Shown here: piece after piece, positions 22,902-35,357 of the stretch
How positions within the stretch are numbered: the stretch's first letter is position 1
Layout of the letters: every line of letters starts with the position of its first letter
Source: Macrostomum lignano
Lineage: Eukaryota
Direction of reading: 5' to 3'
Length of the DNA: 64,000 bases
NCBI GenBank assembly: GCA_002269645.1
Contig: NIVC01000179.1
Location: 1 to 64,000, forward strand
Notes under the pieces: model-generated
The model's input: the letters and a program-made list of their open reading frames with translations, nothing else
Database searches by the model: none
Told to the model about the DNA's origin: nothing
Made by a program: the position numbers and the translations under genes

Positions 22902-25900
22902 TTAATCTGTTGACACGCTAGAAGTTGGCGGCAGGATTTTCACCACGTTGCCAATAGCAACGGTGCGACCCTCGTCGCGCAGGGTGACGCGGCCCATCTG
23001 GGGAAATTCCGAATAGCATTCTACGCAGATGTTGCCGCCTTTCACCTGGAGCCGAACAACTGCCAGCTGGTCCTGCTTGAGAAACTTGGGCCGCACCTGA
23101 ATGAAATAAGGAATGAAATAGGAAACAGGATGAAAGCTGAAAATCGAAAAGATAATTCTTGTGGATCAAGGGGAATATATAAGCAAGCCATTTGACTGCC
23201 TTATATTGGGGTTTAGGTTGAAATCACATACTAGAATAACTAGATGGGCCACTCAGCACATTTGCATGTAAACTACTTTCAGTTCAGTAGTAAGTTAAAC
23301 AGAAGCACTTTTGTACTTTTAAAGCCAAGACTCTATTGGCTCTTACCCCCCAGCTTAAACCCTCCAACCGCACCTTTTCACACTACATTATTGCTGAACC
23401 AATTAGCAAGTTGTTTACGCCTGCTTGGGCTTCTAAACTTATCAAAGTCATTTCAGCTGCCTTGTTTTTATAAAATAGCTTATGTATTCTTCTTTGCTAC
23501 TGAACTGAAAATAGAAAGTTTTTTTACTAAGTATATGTGCCTGAGTGGCCCATCTAGTTATTTTAGTGTATGTGGTTAGGATCGGTATTGTAAATTTAGT
23601 GAACTTGTCTATAGTTTATTACAAAGAAATTTATATCGCCAACACGCTACTAACAGTAGGGAAGTAGTGGAAATTGTAGATAAAAGCTACTTAAATTATA
23701 AAATTCATTACCTGTTGCTTCTCGCCAGTCTTCTTATCCAGAATGCAAATCAACAGCTTAATGCTGACCTCCTCAACGCAGGTGTGCAGATGCAGAACAG
23801 CCGAATATCCGGCGCATATGATCGACTTGTGCTCCAAAATCATTATCTTGGCGTCGAATATGTCTGTCACGTGACACGGAGTCGGCTGGTGGCACAGAAC
23901 GAATCCGGGCGAGACCTCTTCTTCTTCTACGCCTCGAAGCTTCAGCTTGACAGAGTCGCCGCTCTCAGCCTGAGATTAATCGGGTTAATGGTTTCTAGGT
24001 AGGAGTAGGCATGCAACTATTTCCGCAGCCTTAATTATCTATCAGTACACTGGCCCTGCCCTTCACTAGCACATCAGTTATGTACAGCACACCTCTACAG
24101 TCATGTACAGGTTTTTATTAGCAGCAGGGGGCTGCGTACACCATGGCGCACTTTAAGCGACATTGTCACACAACCGGCGAGAGGCATTACTGCCCATTCC
24201 GCCGACTCGATTCGAATAGGCCGCGCAGGATTCGAACCACGGGTCATGGCGTGATCGGGTCAGACGCGTTTACCACTGAGCTGCTCTGCCCCAAATCTCT
24301 CTAGTACCCAACTCACCTGAGAAACATCGAGCTCGTCCCACCAGAGACCAACAATGTCTACATTGACTCTATTGGGCATCATTAGCAGCTGGTCGCCCTG
24401 TTTCAGCCGGCCGGCCTCAATCCGGCCCATAACAATGGTGCCCATATCCCGGTACTTGTCCGCAATGGGCAGCCGCAGCGGAGCGTCGGACAGCCGGGAC
24501 AGAGTGGGCATCTGGTCCAGATAGTCTAGCAGAGTCGGGCCCCGATACCACGGACACACGTCCTCGGGCACGGAGTCCCTGAGCCAGCCGCCGGTCAGGC
24601 CGCTGCACGGCATGAAATACAGAGAGCTGGATGCGAAGCCGCACTTGCGCAGAAAGGGCGTCAGCTTAGATTTGCACTCCTCGTAGCGCTGCTCGGCCCA
24701 CTGCACAGTTGGATCGTCCATTTTGTTAATGAGTACAATTAGTTGGCGTACGCCTGCGGTTTTCACTAGCATGGCGTGCTCCCGGGTCTGGCCGCCCTTC
24801 TCAAAGCCGGTCTCGAATTCGCCTTTTCTGGCGCTGATCACCAGGATGGCCAAGTCTGCCTGCAAATCGTTCGCAGGGGGGAAATCGGGCATCAGTTAGG
24901 ATACATGTTTTGTGAAATTTGGGATTATATGTCTCACAACTGGGATTTATGTTTCAATGGATTTGAGCTTTTGAGCCTTGGCACACGGATTGCGGTTTAT
25001 AGATTAAGCCTGGGAACTGGGATACTGGATCAAGGATTCGGGATTAAGCCTGGGAACTGGGATACTAGATCAAGGATTCGGGATTAAGCCTGGGAACTGG
25101 GATACTGGATCAAGGATTCGGGATTAAGCCTGGGAACTGGGATACTAGATCAAGGATTCGGGATTAAGCCTGGGAACTGGGATACTGGATCAAGGATTCG
25201 GGATTAAGCCTGGGAACTGGGATACTAGATCAAGGATTCGGGATTAAGCCTGGGAACTGGGATACTGGATCAAGGATTCGGGATTAAGCCTGGGAACTGG
25301 GATACTGGATCAAGGATTCGGGATTAAGCATGGGAACTGGGATACTAGATCAAGGATTCGGGATTAAGCCTGGGAACTGGGATACTGGATCAAGGATTCG
25401 GGATTAAGCCTGGGAACTGGGATACTAGATCAAGGATTCGGGATTAAGCCTGGGAATTGTCGTTCAGTGATTAGGGATTTATCTTGGGCCATTTCAAGGA
25501 TAAAACAATAAAAATCAAGGATTATTGATTAGACTCAAGATCAAGAATTACCTGAGAAGCGCCGCCAATCATGTTGGGCACAAAGGATTTGTGTCCGGGA
25601 GCGTCCAACACAGTAAAGTGCTTCTTATTTGTCTCGAAGTAGGCCCGGCCAACTTCAACAGTTTTGCCTTTCTCCCGCTCTTCAGCGTTAGTGTCAAGAG
25701 CCCAGCTGAGGTACCAGGTCTCTCTGTTCTTCTCCTTGGCCTCGCGTTCGTACTTTTCCAATGTGCGCTGGTCCACCATGCCAGTAAGGTAAAGCAGGTG
25801 GCCGCCTATGGTGGATTTGCCGGCATCGACGTGGCCAACGAAGACCAGGCTGAGGTGCTCCTTGCGAGTGTCCACCTTGGCTGAGCGGCCACTTGGAGCC

Positions 25901-28900
25901 TCATCATCGCCTTAATAATAGTTATTTGCAGAGTTTATATTATATAGGCAATATAAGCTCAGATAAAACTTGATAAGATTATAAAATTGCCTAGATTCAT
26001 TGAATACCCTTACTCTTTATTGTTTGTTTAATTTTTAAAAGTTAAAAAGTTTTCAAAAATTGTCACTTTTGTGATTTATTTATTCTTGGTCTACTGCAAC
26101 TTACACTGGCTGGATAGGCTAAGTTGGTCAGCAATTGTGTACAAGTGAAGCTTAGTAGGACAGTTAATAAATTTTATCAACAACTTGTTTTAAATCAAAA
26201 TTATGAATGCAAATTTATTTCTCATTGATTTTTTTTCTAAAAAATATATTTAAATTAGGTGCTTAAAGAATGCTGGCTCAATAGCTAGAGATACCAAGCA
26301 CATGGTCAGTTAAACTTAAATGCATCTTTAATGTACGTAACATATAGTATATGCAGATATTATAATTTCAACATTATATTATAACAATTTATAACAATAT
26401 AATTTCAAATATTTGGATTTTTTGTCCATTTTCAAACAAAAATTCTATAACTTCATTAAAGTCTTTACTCTTGCTACTAATTTTGCTTGTAACATTTACT
26501 ATTGGTTCTATAAAAATTATGTATAACATAATATTTGATTTAAAAAAAATGATATGTAAAACACTAATATAATTGATATTAAATAGAAATAGGTTATAGT
26601 AAATATTACGAGGGGTGTCCCAAAAGTTCCCAGAATGTCTAACGTAACTCTTCAACAGAGCCATGAAATTTCACGCCTATGGTGTCAAATGAAAGGAAAT
26701 TTTGTCACAAAGAATACAAAGTTAAAATCATGTTGATATCTTTTTTTATTCAAGAGCTACAGCAAGAAACGTATGCAAATGTCAGGGGTAGTGTTACACA
26801 ACCTCAACAATCTATGGCAATAATTTTTTCATCTCCATTTTTGGAGTTTTTTATTTTGAATTCATTCACAGCAGACTGGCCATCTCTAAAGCGTTCGATC
26901 CATCCGTAAATTGCAGTTTTTTCAGGCTGTTCTCACAGTGGATGGAGAATAAGTGGTCAGAAATCTTGGCTCCACTCCATCCTACTGACCAAAGGGCAAA
27001 AACTTGACTTTGCTGACTTTCAAGGCTCTGAAGAGAACTCATTTTGGCAAAGAAATTTCAAGTTGAAAGCAAGCGCTTGGTACGAATTATCTGCACTTGC
27101 GCAAAAGCTCAGATTAGCTTTATGAGCATTTCTGCTTTTTTTCCATAGACACTACCACGTCTTTCTGACACGTCAGTAGCACGAATTCAAAAAGAAAAAC
27201 TCCAAAAATGGAGATGAAAAAATTTTTGCTATAGATTGTTGAGGTTGTGTAACACTACCCCTGACCTTTGCGCACGTTTCTTGCTGTAGCTCTTGAATAA
27301 AAAAAGATATCAACATGATTTTAACTTTGTATTCTTTGTGACAAAATTTCCTTTCATTTGACACCATGGGCGTGAAATTTCATGGCTCTGTTGAAGAGCT
27401 ACGTTAGACATTCCGGGAACTTTTGGGACACCCCTTGTAGTAAATAGTAAATATTAATTCTCAATTAATATTATATCTTCTTTAAGAAATCAAAGCTATG
27501 CAAGACACTAAATATTAGTTTGTTTAAATGTACCAACTATTTATTATAATATGGTGATAGTAAATATTATAATAATTCAATCTATATTCTTAGAGCTTTT
27601 GAGTTAAGACTAAGAGCAACTTATTCATTTTGAAAGGCTGAGAAATAGTTAAGAGAAATATCCAACATAAATGGATAATGGTCTCTATATTTTGTAACTT
27701 TCACTATTGATCTTATATTTATTGCAAGTTGCAATAACAATTGCCATTACTTGTTTTATATACTTTAGTAGTTGAAGATAAGTCTTTAAATTAATATATA
27801 TATATATATATAAAGTCAATTAAATATATTTAAATTGATTATATAAAGTCAATAAAACCAGAAATTATATACAAAGTAAAAATGAAAAAGAAAAGATAAT
27901 GTTGACAATTTTTATATTTGTACTAAAAATAAATTCATTGCATTTATGATTTATTGCATTTTACTATGATATTTAATTGCTTTTGTAAATCATGATCAAA
28001 TAATTTTTGCTGAAACAAAAAATTCACAATATCTCATGCTTAACTAAATATTTCATACTTGTCTAACTTATATATTGTTATGCTATAATTAAGAGCCTTT
28101 GGGCTTTTTAGCCTTTTTTATCAAAGATTTTTCTTTTTAAGAATTCTTCTATTTTAAAGTTTCTAAAATTGCAAATCTAATATTGGGCATTATTCTTAAT
28201 TAGTTTTTTATCTTAAACCCAAACTATTAAGTTTACTTTAAGGCTAATACTGCCTTTCTAGTCATCTAACTAAGTAATATATATTTACAATAAGTCTAAA
28301 TTTGTGTAATAGTGCTACTTGAATATTTTTACCTTGAATGAATGTAATAGTAATTCTTAATTAATATTATATCTTTTTTAAGAAATCAAAGCTATGCCAG
28401 ACACTAAATATTTGTTTGTTTAAATGTACAACTATTTATTATAATATGGTTATAGTAAATATTATAATTCAATCTATATTCTTAGAGCTTTCAAGTTAAG
28501 ACTAAGGGCAACTTATTCATTTTGAAAGGCTGAGAAATAGTTAAGAGAAATATACTAAAAGAGAGAGTTGGAGAGTAATTCAAAGAAATATACTAGAGTT
28601 TTACCATGACCCTCTGATCCTGATAACATCTAGACTGGAAAAGTTTATCTACTAGTAGACTGCTCAATGCTAGAAGTATACATTAGATGCTATGGTTTCA
28701 ACCTACTTCGGCGAAAGAATTTTTGGCGAAAGTCAATAATGGCAAAAAATACTTTCGCAATGACCATTTCATCTAAAGCTACCCATTTCGGCGAAAAATT
28801 TATTCCAAGCTTTGCTGAAAAGTTTTTTGTTTTAGAAGAAAGTTAAAAAGAAAAATGACGAACTTTATGAAGACTAATTTTATCGTGACATGTTTTGTTT

Positions 28901-30511
28901 TGTCGCAGTTTAATTGAGTTGTTTTATTAGATTCCCATCCATTACGGCGGAATTTCAAAGTACGATTTTAGGAGCCTGGATAATCTGAAAAATCACACTG
29001 TCATCATCCCTAATCTATCGACTGCATATTGATAAATTGCGCTCATGTACATAACATTGCTACGAGCTAAGTCATGAGTTTTAAAATTTTGTAACTGCAA
29101 ATAATTTGCAGCAATGAAAATTTATTAAAAGCTTCAATCACCAAAGTGGTATATTTGCAATATATACGTAGCCTACCTTTTCGCCGAACTAGTCACTTTC
29201 TTTTGCTGAAATGTACATCTATTAAAACTTAAAATTCACTTTCGCCAAAGCGTCTTTTGCCGAAAATTCCTTCGCCAAAATGGGCTGCACCCGATGCTAC
29301 TAGAATTATATATAAAATGGTATCTAGAAATGTACTAAAGAGAAATCATTACCTAATTCCAGTAGCGCAACCAGAAATTTTTTGAGGGGAAGGGACAGAT
29401 TCTGGAGGATAAAGTCCCAGGGGCAGAGGGGTAGCTCTGTTTTTGGCAAAAATTTGCATGGTCCCCCTTTGATTTTTTTTAGGTCTCTGGGGCAACCACC
29501 CCTGTCCCTACCTTCCTAGTTGCGCCACTGACTAATTCTAAGAAATAGTTAGACTTATTAATAGTGCTATGCCATTTAATTAATTAAGAATAAAGAGTTA
29601 ATCCCTAGTACAACTTGGTATTAGCAGCTGGAATTTTAATAGAGAGAAGTTAGCCTCTATGACATTTGCTTGAAGTTCTATTTGCTAGTCTAAACTGGCA
29701 ATGGCTAGAGTTCCGGCACCAGAACCCATTTTCTAAGGGCTAAGGATCTGGCAGTGCCATTATAATATAGATGGAACATTATATTTTTCTTTTTACATGT
29801 GGCTGATATTGAGATTTTGTTCTAGATTAAAATTTAAGACAATATGATAAGATTCGGGACAAGATGCTTCTAATATTCAGACTTTTTAAGATATGTTCTT
29901 AGCAGTCTTTATATGCTTCTAAGAGATAGATTTATAAGAGATAGATTAGCAAGTCTAAACTTCTAAAGGCAAAACTCAAAATTGACAATGTGATATTTAA
30001 AAAAATTGAAGCTAAAAAAATAGTGTGCATAAAAATTGCAATTGCTTAAGCTAACAAAGTTATATCATATCAAAATCATTGATTGACCCTAACTTAAAAG
30101 AAACAAGACAATAAAATTACCTTTATCAGCATCTGAAGACAACAATGAAGCATTTGATGCCACTTTCTGCATTTCGCTATCTTTTACACTTTTCATTAAG
30201 TGTGACTGCAATGATGGCTCACTCTGTTCAGAATCCATCTTTTGATCTTTAACCTGAGACACAGATGCTGCTGCTGCAGCAGTTGTATTATCATTTGATG
30301 ATGCAGGTTTATCCTCTTCCATCGCTTCCTCAGCATTGGATGTCCCAACAGACGGCTCCTGCTTTTGAGCTGGAGCTTGGGGTGTAAAAGTTTGTTGCCC
30401 AGGTACAAAGGCTGGAGCGTTAATATTGCGTCCAGGGACAAATACAGGTGCATCAATGTTTAGTTTTGAGACATCGTTGCCTAGCTGACTGGCTTCTTCT
30501 TCCCAACTCAT
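22902..30511 (-). CDS. GSPT1: Eukaryotic peptide chain release factor GTP-binding subunit eRF3 (GSPT1/SUP35 family), 5 exons, 581 aa
   Basis: Exons 30511-30121, 25910-25552, 24859-24317, 23969-23712, 23096-22902; GT-AG with consistent phases. Two N-terminal PAM2-like motifs (LNIDAPVFVP, NINAPAFVP), GHVDAGKST, TWYLSWALDT, DAPGHK, NKMD, GRVTLRDEGRTVAIG. Confidence 0.96.
24100..24285 (-). mobile_element. tRNA-headed SINE-like element (second family) in eRF3 intron 3
   Basis: Minus strand reads GCTCAGTGGTAACGCGTC (A box) ... GGTTCGAATCC (B box), followed by a non-tRNA body; no closing acceptor stem seen. Confidence 0.6.
25003..25455. repeat. 40-bp minisatellite (GGATTAAGCCTGGGAACTGGGATACTRGATCAAGGATTCG), about 11 copies, in eRF3 intron 2
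   Basis: Directly visible; alternating G/A variants. Confidence 0.96.
26609..27437. mobile_element. Tc1/mariner-type MITE with long (about 260 bp) TIRs
   Basis: TA|CGAGGGGTGTCCCAAAAGTTCCC ... GGGAACTTTTGGGACACCCCTTG|TA. The mirrored ORFs MVSNERKFCHKEYK at 26679 (+) and 27367 (-) are just the two TIRs. Confidence 0.9.
27445..28555. repeat. Dispersed direct duplication of about 210 bp (about 27445-27660 and 28345-28555) in eRF3 intron 1
   Basis: Both copies read ...AAGAAATCAAAGCTATGC.AGACACTAAATATT...GAAAGGCTGAGAAATAGTTAAGAGAAATAT with a few substitutions. Confidence 0.85.
28693..29293. mobile_element. Unclassified MITE with imperfect TIRs, repeated TTCGGCGAAA motifs and an apparent 6-bp TSD
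   Basis: ATGCTA at 28687-28692 and 29294-29299. Left end TGGTTTCAACCTACTTCGGCGAA versus reverse complement of the right end CGGGTGCAGCCCATTTTGGCGAA. Confidence 0.6.
29360..29530. mobile_element. hAT-type MITE (171 bp)
   Basis: TIR CAGTAGCGCAACCAG / CTAGTTGCGCCACTG; 8-bp TSD CCTAATTC / ACTAATTC (7/8 match). Confidence 0.8.
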
Positions 30512-31899
30512 CTTTCTGTTGATGACAGAATTAAAATAGCAACTTGCGTTTAAAGAAACAATGTGTGGAACTGTAAATAAATTGCTTTTTGTATAAAACT
30601 ATTTATTTATTCCTTCTCAGTCTTATATCACGTGGATTTGCATAACAATTGTGCAATCAAAATAGCGGGGTGCTTTGAGTGATTTAGGGCGGCTGAGATA
30701 AACAACAGAAACTTAATTTTAACTTTGGCATAATTACTTAACTTTATCCACCGGATTATTGCAGAATATATAAGACTACAGAAATACAGTGTTGATTTTT
30801 TAATAGCCCATTTTCTATGAAATTAAACCGCGTTAATTAGATTCTTGATAAATTGAGCCACAAGTTAATGTGATGGATGGAATTTTTTAATTTTGGACAC
30901 AAATAACATATTAGTGTAATTATCATGTGGGTATCGAGTTTTTATCGATGCAAATCAATTCGATCCGTTTAATCAAATCTCATCTGATCCGTTAAGCTGA
31001 TCTCATGCAGTAAGCTTTACAATTTACATGTATAATGTACAATATCTACTTAATTACCAAGAGAATCACCACTGGGAGGAAATTTCCTTCCTCCTTCCAG
31101 TATAAGCTGTGACACTCATTTTGGTGTTATATGTAATCTGCAAATTACTATTTCGTAGCAGTAGATTAATCATGTAGAAACCCAGATTTGCTTTCCCGTC
31201 GTTACTAATAATTGAAGTGCATGTGGGGGCAAAAAAGTGCTTCTGGCGTCAAAAAGTGTCTGCTCTGCAGTCTGCTATATACTATACACATATTAAGTTG
31301 TAGATTCTGTAGCCTGCGCCAAATAAAATATATATCGATCAATACATGCACATACATGTACATGCAGGCTTTTACATGCACCAAACAAGCCAAATGTTTT
31401 GTTCTTTAATTTGGATCTTGGCTTTGCACTATGAAATCATGGTGACTCCATGCACCTGTTACTTACAATAAATATGATTGTGTAGTGACTGACCTCACAT
31501 GTACAGTATATTGTAGATTTGATTTGTGAATTCCCAAGCATCTGAAGTACAAGAAGTACAGAATGTGCTATGTGTACATATATGTGATGTACGATTGGTA
31601 AAATATTCTGAAGTTGCTTCAGTTAACTTGTGAGTTCGAATTGAAATGCGTGTAAAAGCGTGCATCTAGCGCTGCTTAAACAGTAATTGCATGTGACACA
31701 CATGTAGGAGATTTAGATATTTTCCCGTTGACTTACATAATGTAGATGCAAGGGTCGTTAAAATGACGTGTCCAATCGGCGTTTGCTGATTGGTTGTAAA
31801 CACCCACCCCAAGTTAACCCCCCTCTGCACTGCACCCTCCGCCGTGAGGTTTATATCACCTAGCTTTTACTCAGCCTGCCTCACCTTTCTCGCGCTGCA

Positions 31900-32559
31900 T
31901 GAAATTTTCTCGCGCAGGGCACCGACGATCTGGACAAGAGGATCGCCCGTCAGGAGAAGCTGCTTCGGCTGAAGACTCTTCAACGCCAGACTGCTGAGAT
32001 CGAGGCTGAGCTGGAGAACAAGCCTTGCCAACAGAGCCGTAAGTTGCGGAGCCCCTTGCCGATTGACCGGTCCCCTGCTGCCTATGAGCCGGAGCTGGGA
32101 CTACCAGAACTGGGCCTTCAAGGCCTCTACAGCACTTCCGCCAGGCCGTCGGGACCGTCAAAGCCCCTTCTGGTAAAGGACTTTATCAACCGTGATGGCG
32201 AGGAGCCTGCCTCTGGCGAGAGGTCCAGATTCCGGACTGAGCAGATCTCGGCGGGTCAGTGGGTAGCAGGCAGCAACCGAATCCTGCTGAAAATCCTCGA
32301 CGAGGGGTCCTTGGTCACCGCTAAGGATGGCGCGGTGGATCTTGAACAGCTGAAGGCCTACGTTCGCTACTGTGTGCAGTTCGGCGAGTTTATGCACCAG
32401 GGTTTCAGTCAGGCCGCCCTCAACTGTTACGATGAAGACTTCAGGATTCTGCAACATCAGTCGAGCGGCAGCTGGGAGCGGGAGTCGCTGCAGCTGCTAT
32501 CCAAGCACATTCTGGCACCAAAGTCAAATCAGGGCGGCAACGCGATCTTCAAAAACTAG
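31900..32559 (+). pseudogene. gag-like ORF1 of the DIRS/Ngaro element
   Basis: Frame open from about 31900 (GTDDLDKRIARQEKLLRLK...) to the stop at 32559; QWVAGSNRIL...YDEDFRILQ...W pattern; no ATG found at the 5' end. Confidence 0.7.
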
Positions 32560-32669
32560 ATCGCGGCCGGCCGGGGGGCTCAACTGGCAGCGCAGCTGCC
32601 CTGGCGGAAGCCAAAGTCGAACCCCTGCTGCCCCCCGGCTGGCCCTGTCCCAAGCCCCTCGAGTCCGTC

Positions 32670-33605
32670 GCTTTCTCATCCGACCTCGCCACAGCCGCCT
32701 GGGAAACTGAGCTGACTGACGATCCTGACCGCGAATTCCTGCTGAATGGCATCCGCAACGGCTTCCAACTCACCTGCCCTGACCCGTCAGAAAGAGCCTC
32801 AACTATGTCAGAAATCCAGAACTAGCTATCAGTCAACAGTTACCGGCAGCTGGTCGAGCAGCAGGTGCAAGAGGAAATCCTTAATGGCCGCTACGTTCAA
32901 GTCAGTGACAAACCGGAGGTCATCAGCGCCCTTGGCACCATTCCGAAGGGCAACAACAAGATTCGACTCATCCACGACTGCTCTAACCCTCCGGGTCTCT
33001 CCCTAAACAGGCGATTTTCTTCCGACTACAGAATCAAGTTCGAGACCGTCAGTCACTTCACCGCCAAGCTGCAACCCGGTTGGTTCATAGCCAAAGTCGA
33101 CCTCGCCAATGCCTACCGGAGTGTCGGCATCAGCCCGCACGATTTTCGGCTCACCGGCTTGAAGTGGAAATTCAGCGACCAGCGCAGCGATTCGTACATC
33201 TGCGACACGCGGCTCCCCTTTGGCGCTGCTGCCTCCGTGGAAGTTTTCCACCGTCTGAGCCAGGCCGTCAAGCGCATGATGCAGAGACGGGGCTTCAACG
33301 ATATCGGCAGTTATCTCGACGACTTCGCCATAGCAGCCTCCAGCAAGGACGACTGCCAGCTCGCTCTCGACACCCTGCTCAATCTGCTGCGGAAGCTTGG
33401 CTTCTCCATCAACTGGAGCAAGGTGGTGGCGCCGTGCACCAGACTGGTCTACCTGGGCGTCCTCATCGACACCGTCAGCGGCCTGCTGGAGCTTCCGAAG
33501 GAAAAGCTCGACGCCACCAAGTCTCAGCTGCAGTACGCGCTCTCTCGCGAGCGCATCACCAAGCGCCAACTCCAATCGCTCTGTGGCCGCATCAACTGGG
33601 TCTGA
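32670..33605 (+). pseudogene. Reverse transcriptase of the DIRS/Ngaro element, disrupted
   Basis: In-frame TAG at 32823-32825 interrupts the N-terminus. The RT core 32865-33605 has YLDDF and stops at LCGRINWV, where RNase H should follow. Confidence 0.9.
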
Positions 33606-34425
33606 TGGTCGCGCACTACATCATCGCGCTGTCCGACCGCCTCTCCTCGCATGCCAGCGTCGGTGCGTACAATAACGCCGCAGACCTGCACTACAAGCTC
33701 AAGACCGGCCGCGGCCTTCCTCGCGACTCCCGCATCGACCTGCTCCTCCGCGGTGTGCAGCGCAAACTCGCCAAGCCACCGGCGCGCAAGGCGCCCAAGG
33801 TGACCTCCTCAAACTGCGAGGAACCCTGCGCCTGCAGCAGCCTCAAGATGCAGCCTTCTGGGCGGCGGTCCTGGTCGGATTCTGGGGCCTCCTGTGCCGC
33901 GCCAATCTGTGCTGCTCGAAACCGTTCCCACCAGCTGGCGAGGCGGTCACCTGCGGCGACCTGCAAGTATCACCGGATCTGGTCATCCTGCACATTTGGC
34001 GCTCCAAGACGAACCAGTACCGCCAGCGAGTGCAGCGCGTTGTCCTGCCGCGCCTCCGGCACGCGTCGCAGCACCCGCTCTGCCCCGTGGCAGCGCTGCT
34101 TCACCACCTGCGCATCAACCAGCCCGACCGCGCCGCTGCTGCCCACCTCTTCGCCTACCGAAGCAGCAGCGGCCTGACGCCTCTGACCGGCACCCGGTTC
34201 TGTCGCCTGTTTCAGCACGTCGTCCACCGTGCCGGCCTGGCAGACCGGTCTCTGTCTCCTCACAGCCTTCGACGCGGCGGCGCCTCGCTGGCTTTCCGCG
34301 CCGGTGTCCCGCTGCCGGTCGTCAAGGCCCTGGCCGACTGGCGGAGCTCGGCGGTTGAGGTGTACCTGGGGCTGGAAAAGGGCTTCGACCTCCAGCTGGC
34401 GGCTGTTCGCAAACTGTCTCAATGA
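33605..34425 (+). pseudogene. Tyrosine recombinase of the DIRS/Ngaro element, N-truncated and frameshifted
   Basis: The frame change near 33800 joins ...LLLRGVQRKLAKPPARKAP to DLLKLRGTL...GFWGLLCRANL...HSLRRGG...WRSSAVEVY. Confidence 0.88.
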
Positions 34426-35357
34426 CTATAATTTTTCATTTGCCTGCTCTGGGTTGAAGCTGGTGTGCTGTCTGCTTTCTTTTTCCTCTGGCTTGGACTC
34501 AAATGTTTGGATTTTTTTTCTTCTCAACTCGTGTTTTTTTCTTATTTAGTATTTTATCTTTTTCTTGCAATGATGACTGTTGTTTTATCGATTAAGTGCT
34601 GCTTTAATGACTGTTTATTTTATTTTGCTTGCAAGCGTGTCCCAGCATTCTGCGTGCCCCCCCGTTTTTCTTTCACTATTTTCCCATCATTTTTCGGATT
34701 TTGGACCGTCGTATCCACTCGCACTGTACTCGATGTACTCGCAAACATTCGCGTCCGCCTTCCCTTCCCTTGGGGTGTGCTGTTTATAGTAGTTATACTT
34801 CGAGACGTTCGAGTACTACAGTGGTCCTTGGGTGGTCCGTAGACACGTGTCGTCTATTCCGCTAGAGTTTTCTTCCTGCACCACACTACGAGCGTACAAA
34901 ACCTTAGCTTGGATAGGCCTATTAATGATTGTTTTCGTTGCTTGAATTTTATCCTTACAGTAATATTGAAGCAATATCAGCAAGTCATACCCTGTTGTTA
35001 TCATCATACATGTCAGAACAATAGAAAGGAATTAGGAACACTCTCAAATCATTGTTATGAAAAATAATGCAAAACATGATTTTTGGCCACTGCCAAATAA
35101 ACAAATAAACAAAGAAAATTACACGCTTGCAAAGTATTCTAAAACCAAGCGAAATTTCGCAGTCAGAGGGGTAATTCTTTATTAGCTCGTAACTTAAATT
35201 CCTACATGTATAGTTGAAGAATTCAGTTGCTATGGTTACATATACAATTACGAGAAGATGTTGGATACGAATAGATGAATGGCTTCGATTGATATCATTC
35301 AGATCAGATAAATTGAAAAGGAATAGAACGTAACCATGGCAATGGTTTCATGTATCT

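Larger units (their letters stand above)
31900..34425 (+). mobile_element. Decayed DIRS-order (Ngaro-like) tyrosine-recombinase retrotransposon: gag-like ORF1, RT, partial YR
   Basis: ORF1 with a coiled-coil start and YDEDFR motif; RT with DPDREFLLNGIRNGF, RLIHDCS, AKVDLANAYR, RLPFG, YLDDF; YR with SKTNQ, CPVAAL, HSLRRGGAS, DWRSSAVEVY. Terminal repeats not recognised. Confidence 0.92.

Noticed and set aside
26679-27367. Duplicated small gene MVSNERKFCHKEYK on opposite strands
   Set aside because: These are the two TIRs of a Tc1/mariner MITE.
33003-34422. Antisense and alternate-frame ORFs over the DIRS element
   Set aside because: Shadows of GC-rich RT and YR coding sequence.
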